Both the position numbers and the translations under genes were made by a program. 40,078 nt of DNA, from positions 1-40,078 of the forward strand of contig DATKFT010000171.1 of NCBI GenBank assembly GCA_035544335.1. The letters run 5' to 3'. Shown piece after piece: positions 32,652 through 40,078 of this stretch. The DNA comes from Pseudorhodoferax sp. Lineage in GTDB: Bacteria; Pseudomonadota; Gammaproteobacteria; Burkholderiales; Burkholderiaceae_C. The notes under the pieces were generated by a model that ran no database searches, was not told where the DNA came from, and saw only the letters and a list, made by a program, of their open reading frames with translations. How positions within the stretch are numbered: position 1 is the first letter of the stretch; each line of letters begins with the position of its first letter.

Positions 32652-32748
32652 GCGTTCTCCTTCGGATGGTTGCAGCCGCATCGGGCGATGCGGCGGTGTC
32701 TCCATTGAAGGCCGGGCGGCGCCCCCGACACGCCGGCGCAGCGGCTGC

Positions 32749-34410
32749 CTACGCGTCGGCGATGGCCGCGTCCACCACGGCCTGGGCCTCTTCGAAGATG
32801 CGCTGCAGATGCGCCTGGCCCCGCGTGCTCTCGGCGTAGATCTTGTAGACGTTCTCGGTGCCCGAGGGCCGGGCCGCGAACCAGCCGCCCGCCGTGCTGA
32901 CCTTGATGCCGCCGATGGCCGCGCCGTTGCCCGCGGCCTTGCTCTGCACGCCCGTGATGGCCTCGCCCGCCAGTTCGGACGAGGTGATCTGCGCGGGCGC
33001 GAGCTGGCCCAGCAGCTTCTTCTGCGCAGGCGTGGCCGGCGCATCGCGCCGGCTGAACTGGGGGTTGCCGAAATCGGCCGCGAGTTCGGCGTAGAGCCGG
33101 CCCGGGTCGCGCCCGCTGGCCGCCGTGATCTCGGCGGCCAGCAGCGCCGCGGTGATGCCGTCCTTGTCGGTGGTCCAGACCCGGCCGTCGCGGCGCAGGA
33201 AGCTCGCGCCCGCGCTCTCCTCGCCGCCAAAGCCCAGCGAGCCGTCGAGCAGGCCGTCGGCGAACCACTTGAAGCCCACGGGCACCTCGTGCAGGCGCCG
33301 GCCCAGCCGCGCGGCCACGCCGTCGATGAGGCTGGTGGACACGATGGTCTTGCCCACGGCGGCCTGCGCGCTCCACTGCGGCCGGTGCCGAAACAGGTAG
33401 TCGATGCAGACCGCAAGGTAGTGGTTGGGCGGCAGCAGCCCGGCCGTGGGCGTCACGATGCCATGGCGGTCGTGGTCGGTGTCGCAGGCGAAGGCCACGT
33501 CGAAGCGGTCCTTCATGGCCAGCAGCGGCTGCATCGCATGCGGTGAGGACGGGTCCATGCGGATCTGGCCGTCCCAGTCCAGCGTCATGAACGCGAAGCG
33601 CGGGTCCACGGTCTCGCGCACCACCGTGAGGTCCAGCCCGTAGCGCTCGGCGATCGCGCCCCAGTAGTGCACGCCGGCACCGCCCAGCGGGTCCACGCCC
33701 AGGCGCAGGCCCGAGCCGCGGATGAGGTCCATGTCCAGCACGCTGGCCAGGTCGGCCACGTAGCTGTTCAGGAAGTCGTGGCGCTGCGTGGTCGAGGCCG
33801 CGAGCGCGGCCTGCAGCGGCAGCACGCGCACGCCGGCCAGGCCGGCCTGCAGGTAGCGGTTGGCCGCGGCCTCGATCGGGCCCGTGGTCTCGCCACCGGC
33901 CGGGCCGCCGTTGGGCGGGTTGTACTTGAAGCCGCCGTCGCGCGGCGGGTTGTGCGAGGGCGTGACCAGGATGCCGTCGGCCAGGCCCTGCTCACCGCTC
34001 TGGCGGCCGCGGTTGTGGACCAGGATGGCGTGCGAGACGGCCGGCGTGGGCGTGGGCTCGTCGCCCGCCGACAGCAGCACGTGCACGCCGTTGGCCGCCA
34101 GCACCTGCACGGCGCTGGCCACGGCCGGCGCCGACAGCGCATGCGTGTCCGCGCCCAGGAACAGCGGGCCCGTGATGCCCTGCGCGCGCCGGTGGTCGCA
34201 GATGGCCTGGGTGATGGCCAGCACATGCCATTCGTTGAAGGACAGGTCCAGCGCCGAGCCGCGGTGGCCCGAGGTGCCGAAGGCCACGCGCTGGGCCGGC
34301 ACCGCGGGGTCGGGGCGACCGTCGGCATAGGCCGCGCACAGCGCAGCGAGATCGATCAAGGTGTCGGCCGGCGCCGGCGCGCCGGCCAGGGGGTGCAGAT
34401 GCTCACTCAT
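32749..34410 (-). CDS. pgm: phosphoglucomutase (~553 aa)
   Basis: FGTSGHRGS, TPSHNP (phospho-Ser), DTDHDRH metal loop, GEESAG, RPSGTE. Confidence 0.95.
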   Translation of the reverse strand: MSEHLHPLAGAPAPADTLIDLAALCAAYADGRPDPAVPAQRVAFGTSGHRGSALDLSFNEWHVLAITQAICDHRRAQGITGPLFLGADTHALSAPAVASAVQVLAANGVHVLLSAGDEPTPTPAVSHAILVHNRGRQSGEQGLADGILVTPSHNPPRDGGFKYNPPNGGPAGGETTGPIEAAANRYLQAGLAGVRVLPLQAALAASTTQRHDFLNSYVADLASVLDMDLIRGSGLRLGVDPLGGAGVHYWGAIAERYGLDLTVVRETVDPRFAFMTLDWDGQIRMDPSSPHAMQPLLAMKDRFDVAFACDTDHDRHGIVTPTAGLLPPNHYLAVCIDYLFRHRPQWSAQAAVGKTIVSTSLIDGVAARLGRRLHEVPVGFKWFADGLLDGSLGFGGEESAGASFLRRDGRVWTTDKDGITAALLAAEITAASGRDPGRLYAELAADFGNPQFSRRDAPATPAQKKLLGQLAPAQITSSELAGEAITGVQSKAAGNGAAIGGIKVSTAGGWFAARPSGTENVYKIYAESTRGQAHLQRIFEEAQAVVDAAIADA

Positions 34411-34589
34411 GGGCGGTCCTGGGGTTGGATGCGCCGCAGCATAGCCGCCATGGCCCGCAGGACCGCCTCCACTACAAGGAGAAACCCTGCTTACACACAT
34501 GCACACAGGCTTATATGCTGAACCTGCGACCGAGACCGCACCGCGTCCCCACCGCGGACCTTCAGATCCATCGACAGGAGACATCCCGC

Positions 34590-37500
34590 ATGGACATGCA
34601 CCGGAGACAATTCTTCCGGGTCAGTGGCGCCGGCCTTGCGGCCGGCAGCCTGGCGGCGCTGGGCTTCTCGCCCACGGCCGCACTGGCCGAGACCCGCAGC
34701 TTCAAGCTCGCCCGCACCACGGAGACCCGCAGCACCTGCCCGTACTGCTCGGTCAGTTGCGGCCTCGTCATCTACACGCTGGGCGACCGCGCCAAGAACG
34801 TCAAGTCCAGCATCGTGCACATCGAGGGCGACCCGGACCACCCGGTCAACCGCGGCACGCTGTGCCCCAAGGGCGCGGGCGTGATGGACATGATCCAGTC
34901 GGTCAACCGCGTCAAGCATCCGCAGGTGCGCGAGCCCGGCAGCAACGAATGGAAGCGCATCGGCTGGGACGACGCGCTCAACCGCATCGCGGCCCACATG
35001 AAGGCCGACCGCGACGCCAACCTCGTCAAGACCAACGCCCAGGGCGTCACGGTCAACCGCTGGAACTCCACGGGTTTCCTGATCTCCAGCGCCTCGTCCA
35101 ACGAATCCGGTTATCTGTCCGTCAAGGTCGCGCGCGGCCTGGGGATGGTCGCACTCGATACGCAAGCACGTATCTGACACGCGCCGACGGTGTCCAGTCT
35201 GGGCCCGACGTTCGGTCGCGGAGCGATGACCAATTCGTGGACCGATATCCGCAACACGGACATGGTCCTCATCATGGGTGGCAATGCCGCCGAAGCCCAC
35301 CCCTGCGGCTTCAAATGGGTGACCGAGGCCATGCAGCAGCGCAAGGCCAAGCTCATCGTCGTGGACCCGCGCTACACGCGCAGCGCCGCCGTGGCCGATT
35401 ACTACGCGCCGATCCGCGTGGGCACGGACATCGCGTTCCTGGGCGGGGTGATCCACTACCTGCTGTCGCACGACAAGATCCAGCACGACTACGTGAAGGC
35501 CTTCACCGACGCGAGCTTCCTGGTCAAGCCCGGCTATGCCTTCGACAACGGCCTGTTCACGGGCTACGACGAGGCCAAGCGCAGCTACGACAAGTCCAGC
35601 TGGGGCTACCAGATGGGCGAGGACGGATTCGTCAAGGTCGACGAGAGCCTGCAGGATCCGCAGTGCGTGTTCCAGCAGATGAAGAAGCACTACAGCCGCT
35701 ACACGCCCGAGCTGGTCAGCCGCATCACGGGCACGCCGCAGGACCAGTTCGTGCAGGTCTGCGAGCACATCGGTGCCATGGCCGCGCGCGACAAGGTCAT
35801 GACCATCTGCTATGCGCTGGGCTGGACGCAGCACTCGGTGGGCTCGCAGAACATCCGCACCATGGCCATGATCCAGCTGCTGCTGGGCAACATGGGCCTG
35901 CCCGGCGGCGGCGTGAACGCCTTGCGCGGCCACGCCAACGTGCAGGGCATCACCGACATGAACGCCTACAGCGAGGTGCTGTCGGGCTACATGCTGGCGC
36001 CCATGGACAACGACCCCACGCGCGCCGAGTACCTGGCCAAGCGTTCGCCCAAGCCGCTGCGGCCGAACCAGATGTCGTTCCCGCAGAACTTCCCGAAGTG
36101 GTTCACGAGCCTCATGAAGTCCTACTACGGCGCGGCCGCGACCGCCGAGAACGACTTCGCCTACGACTGGGTGCCCAAGCGCGACACGGGCTACGACGTG
36201 CTGGCCATGTTCGAGATGATGCACCAGGGCAAGATGCACGGCTTCCTGTGCCAGGGCATGAACCCGCTGGCCGCCGTGCCGAACAAGAAGAAGCTCTCCG
36301 AGGCCTTCTCCAAGCTCAAGTACCTCGTGGTCATGGACCCGCTGGAGACCGAGACCAGCGAGTTCTGGAAGAACTACGGTCCGCTCAACGACGTCGATCC
36401 CAAGAGCGTGCAGACCGAGGTGTTCCGCCTGCCCACGAGCTGCTTCGCCGAGGAGACCGGCAGCTTCACGAACTCCAGCCGCGTGATCAACTGGAAGGAG
36501 AAGGCGGTCGATCCGCCCGGTGAGTCCAAGACCGACTCGGAGCTCATGGCGCGGCTGTTCCTCAAGATCCGCGCGCTCTACGCCAAGGACGGCGGTACGC
36601 TGCCCGAGCCCGTGGCCGCGCTGACCTGGCCCTACCTGAACGCCAGCGTGCCGAGTTCGCAGGAGCTGCTGCGCGAGATCAACGGCCGCGCGCTGGCGGA
36701 CGTGCTCGCGCCGCCCGACCCCAAGAACCCGGACGCGCCGCGCGCGGTGCTCGTCAAGGCCGGCGAGCAGATGCCCAACTTCGCGCTGCTGCAGGCCGAC
36801 GGCTCCACGGCCTGCGGCAACTGGATCTACGCGGGCGTCTTCACGCAGGCTGGCAACATGGCGGCGCGGCGCGACACCAGCGACCCCACGGGGCTGGGCG
36901 TGTACCCCAACTGGGGCTTCGCCTGGCCGGCCAACCGGCGCATCCTGTACAACCGCGCGAGCGCCGACCCGGCGGGCAAGCCCTGGGATCCCTCGCGCAA
37001 GTACCTGGCCTGGAACGGCAGCTGGGCCGGCGGCGCCGACGTGCCCGACATGCGGCCCGACGCCGCGCCCGAGCAGAACGTGGGGCCTTTCATCATGAAC
37101 CCCGAGGGCGTGGCGCGGCTGCATGCCGTGGGCATGGCCGAAGGCCCCTTCCCCGAGCACTACGAGCCCTTCGAGTCGCCGCTGGGCGTGAACCTCATGT
37201 GCCCGAACAACCCCAAGGCCACGAGCAACCCGGCCGCACGCGTGTACGCCGGCGACCGCGCGGCCTTCGGCCAGAAGGACCAATTCCCCTACGCGGCCAC
37301 GACCTACCGGCTCACCGAGCACCACCACTTCTGGACCAAGCATGCGCGCAGCAATGCCGTGGTGCAGCCCGCGCCCTTCGTCGAGATCGGCGAGGAGCTC
37401 GCGAAGGAGAAGGGCATCCGCCAGGGCGACATGGTGCGCGTGCGCTCCAACCGCGGCGAGGTGGTGGCCGCCTGCGTGGTCACCAAGCGCATCAAGGCGC

Positions 37501-37670
37501 TGCAGGTGGACGGCAAGCCCGTGCACCACGTGGGCATCCCCATCCACTGGGGCTTCAAGGGTGTCACGCAGAACGGCTATCTGGCCAATGCGCTGACCCC
37601 CTTCGTGGGGGACGCGAACTCGCAGACGCCGGAGTTCAAGGCCTTTCTCGTCAACATCGAAAAAGCATAG
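34590..37670 (+). CDS. fdnG: formate dehydrogenase-N/O alpha subunit, selenoprotein (Sec at codon 196, TGA 35175-35177; 1026 aa)
   Basis: Tat signal [13 protein letters not shown]...C [4Fe-4S] motif; QARI-U-HAPTV joins ORFs 34425..35177 and 35190..37670 in one frame; [23 protein letters not shown]. Confidence 0.95.
35178..35220 (+). other. bacterial SECIS element
   Basis: stem GTCCA/TGGGC (35192-35204) closing a G-containing loop just 3' of the UGA, similar in place and sequence to the E. coli fdnG SECIS. Confidence 0.75.
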
Positions 37671-37684
37671 AGGGGGCCACGCAC

Positions 37685-38608
37685 ATGAGCAGTCAGCAAT
37701 CCCTCGCGGTGGTCCAGCGTTCGGCCACCACCACGCCATCGCCGCAGGTGCGCTCGGCCGTGCCGCAGCTCGCCAAGCTCATCGACGAGTCCAAGTGCAT
37801 CGGCTGCAAGGCCTGCCAGGTCGCGTGCATGAACTGGAACGACCTGCGCGACGAGGTCGGCACCAACATCGGCGTCTACGACAACCCCAGCGACCTCACG
37901 GCGAGCAGCTGGACCGTCATGAAGTTCTTCGAGGCCGAACCCGTGCTGGCGGACGGCTCCAAGGGCAAGCTCGACTGGCTGATCCGCAAGGACGGCTGCA
38001 TGCACTGCGAGGACCCGGGCTGCCTGAAGGCCTGCCCCTCGCCGGGCGCCATCGTGCAGTACGCCAACGGCATCGTGGACTTCATCTCCGAGCACTGCAT
38101 CGGCTGCGGCTACTGCGTCAAGGGCTGCCCGTTCGACGTGCCGCGCATCAGCAGCAAGGACAACAAGGCCTACAAGTGCACGCTGTGCTCGGACCGCGTG
38201 GGCGTGGGCCTGGAGCCGGCCTGCGTGAAGACCTGCCCCACGGGCGCCATCGGCTTCGGCACCAAGGAGGACATGGTGGCCTATGGCGAAAAGCGCGTGG
38301 GCGAACTCCAGGAGCGCGGCCTGGCCAACGCCGGGCTCTACAACCCGAGCGGCGTGGGCGGCACGCACGTGATGTACGTGCTCAAGCACGCCGACCAGCC
38401 CGAGCTCGAGGACCTGCCGGCCGACCCGCGCATCAGCGCCATGGTGGGCCTGTGGAAGGGCATGGCCAAGCCGCTCGCGGTGGCCGGCATGGTGGGCGCC
38501 GTGGTGGCGGGCTTCTTCCACTACATGAAGGTGGGACCCATCGAGGAGCCCGACGAGGATGGCGCGCACACGGGAGATGCCACGCACGGCGGGGAGGAAC
38601 GGCCATGA
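37685..38608 (+). CDS. fdnH: formate dehydrogenase beta (Fe-S) subunit (~307 aa)
   Basis: [45 protein letters not shown]-terminal TM helix. Confidence 0.95.
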   Translation: MSSQQSLAVVQRSATTTPSPQVRSAVPQLAKLIDESKCIGCKACQVACMNWNDLRDEVGTNIGVYDNPSDLTASSWTVMKFFEAEPVLADGSKGKLDWLIRKDGCMHCEDPGCLKACPSPGAIVQYANGIVDFISEHCIGCGYCVKGCPFDVPRISSKDNKAYKCTLCSDRVGVGLEPACVKTCPTGAIGFGTKEDMVAYGEKRVGELQERGLANAGLYNPSGVGGTHVMYVLKHADQPELEDLPADPRISAMVGLWKGMAKPLAVAGMVGAVVAGFFHYMKVGPIEEPDEDGAHTGDATHGGEERP

Positions 38609-39225
38609 GAACGCTGCTGCAGCGCTACCGCGACGGCGAGCGCATGAACCACTGGTTCGTCGCGCTGATGTTCGTGCTGGCCGCCCTGTCGGGCCTGGCC
38701 TTCTTCCACCCGGGCCTGTTCTTCCTGAGCCATTTGTTCGGCGGCGGGCCCTGGGCACGCATCCTGCACCCGTTCATGGGCGTGCTGATGTTCCTGGGCT
38801 TTCTCGGGCTGTTCCTGCGGCTGTGGCGCCAGAACCTCGTGAACGCGGGTGACCGCCAGTGGCTGGCCCACAGCGGCGACATGCTGCGCGGCGACAAGTC
38901 GCGCATGCCGCCGGCCGGCAAGTACAACGGCGCGCAGAAGCTCGTGTTCTGGCTCATGGCGCTGAGCCTGCTCGTGCTGCTGGCCACGGGCCTCATGTTC
39001 TGGCGGCCCTGGTTCGCGCCCTACTTCAGCGTCCCGGTGCTGCGCATCGCCGTGCTCGCGCACGCCATCGCTGCCGTGGTGCTGGTGCTCACGACCACCA
39101 TCCATGTCTACGCCGCGATCTGGGTCAAGGGCACCATGCGTGCGATGACGCGCGGCACGGTCGGCACGGGCTGGGCCCGGGCCAATCACCCGCTCTGGCA
39201 TGCGGAAGTCACGAAGCGGCGCTGA
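38605..39225 (+). CDS. fdnI: formate dehydrogenase gamma (cytochrome b) subunit (~206 aa)
   Basis: [41 protein letters not shown] overlap with fdnH. Confidence 0.94.
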   Translation: MRTLLQRYRDGERMNHWFVALMFVLAALSGLAFFHPGLFFLSHLFGGGPWARILHPFMGVLMFLGFLGLFLRLWRQNLVNAGDRQWLAHSGDMLRGDKSRMPPAGKYNGAQKLVFWLMALSLLVLLATGLMFWRPWFAPYFSVPVLRIAVLAHAIAAVVLVLTTTIHVYAAIWVKGTMRAMTRGTVGTGWARANHPLWHAEVTKRR

Positions 39226-39269
39226 CCACTTGGCACAATACAAGCCATGCCCGCACCCAGGACGCTGAT

Positions 39270-40078
39270 TTGACCGCTGCCACCGTCCGCGTGATGTCGG
39301 CCGAAGAGATCGTCGCCCAGGCGGGCGGCGACACGCCCTACCTGCACTGGCCCGAGCGCAGCACCGTGTTCGCCGAGCGCGCCATGCGGCTGCGCCAGCG
39401 CGCCGGCGGCCACGCCCTGCAGGACTACCTGCTGTTCCTGGCCGATCTCGCGCTGGCCCAGCAGGCAGCGCTCGCCGACTTCCCCGAGGTGCCGCTGCCC
39501 GACGCGGCCGCGCTCGACCAGGCCGCCCGCGCCGGCCTGGCGCCGCTGGCCGCGCCGCACTGGCCGCGCGATGCGGCCTGGCACGGCGTGCTGCGCACCA
39601 TGGCGCTGCGGCTGCAGGCCAGCGCGCCCGCCACGGCCGCCGGCGTGCTGGCCGCGCTCGCGCAGGCCGATGCGGACTTCCTCGAAGAGCAGGCCGAGGC
39701 GCTGCTGGGCGGCCTGCACGACACATTGGACATGGGCGCCGCGCCGCTGATCGGCGCCGCGCTGCAGGTCTACTGGACCCACATGGTGCTGGCCGTGCAG
39801 GAACGCCACCTGGCCCAGGGCCAGCCGTTCGGCCGCACCGACGCGTCATCCCTGTGCCCCTGCTGCGCGAGCCGGCCCACGGCCAGCCTCACGCGCAGGG
39901 CCGGCGGCGCCGACGGCCAGCGCTACCTGCACTGCGCGCTGTGCAGCACGCAATGGCACATGGTGCGCATCCGCTGCACGCATTGCGGCGCCGGCGACGG
40001 CATCGCCTACGAGTCGCTGACGCCGGCCGGCGCGGACCCGCAGGGCGCCGCGCAGCGCCAGCCCGCCATCCAGGCCGA
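39270..40078 (+). CDS. fdhE: formate dehydrogenase accessory protein (partial, runs off the window)
   Basis: open frame from TTG 39270: VFAERAMRLRQ, CPCCASRP, RYLHCALCSTQW, RCTHCG; follows fdnI. Confidence 0.88.
   Translation, partial: MTAATVRVMSAEEIVAQAGGDTPYLHWPERSTVFAERAMRLRQRAGGHALQDYLLFLADLALAQQAALADFPEVPLPDAAALDQAARAGLAPLAAPHWPRDAAWHGVLRTMALRLQASAPATAAGVLAALAQADADFLEEQAEALLGGLHDTLDMGAAPLIGAALQVYWTHMVLAVQERHLAQGQPFGRTDASSLCPCCASRPTASLTRRAGGADGQRYLHCALCSTQWHMVRIRCTHCGAGDGIAYESLTPAGADPQGAAQRQPAIQA

Noticed and set aside
34491..37739. Very long antisense and alternate-frame ORFs (1082 aa here; also 13522..16134, 7351..9735, and the 5' parts of 16516..20283, 28068..32141 and 25217..28042)
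   Set aside because: Shadow ORFs of high-GC coding sequence: Arg/Ala/Gly-rich, no motifs, overlapping well-supported genes.
39231..39245. sigma54-like TGGCAC-N5-AAGC before fdhE
   Set aside because: Spacing fits but the -12 lacks TT; CACAAT is explained equally well as a sigma70 -10. Not enough support.

Overview
High-GC chromosomal segment, probably from a Betaproteobacterium (Comamonadaceae-like, inferred from the Bug/TTT proteins, gene content and intergenic repeat style). About 33 genes or gene fragments. The backbone (~0.1-27.9 kb) is a dispersed acyl-CoA/beta-oxidation cluster: two CoA ligases, FadB plus an HSD17B10-like SDR, a nitronate-monooxygenase-family flavoprotein plus TesB, and an operon of AMACR, CoA ligase, LCAD-type dehydrogenase, crotonase, DECR-like reductase and ECH1-like crotonase. 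A MalT-like STAND/LuxR regulator sits in the middle. Unrelated modules interrupt it: LysR-isochorismatase-MFS, a lipoprotein cytochrome c, GNAT-RidA, a repeat secreted protein plus TerC, and a hydantoinase/oxoprolinase AB-Bug operon. The right end carries a TctC(nonsense)-TctB-TctA-Ldh2 operon, a general stress protein, pgm and a selenocysteine formate dehydrogenase operon fdnG(Sec196)-fdnH-fdnI-fdhE (truncated by the window). The best hidden signal is a palindrome TCGTC-N6-GACGR found three times, once upstream of each minus-strand fatty-acid operon, in the same orientation and 22-23 nt from a -10 hexamer. It is a candidate operator and regulon for the MalT-like regulator. No tRNA, rRNA, CRISPR or intact IS was recognised. 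Several starts are TTG/GTG and are estimates. No database searches were run.
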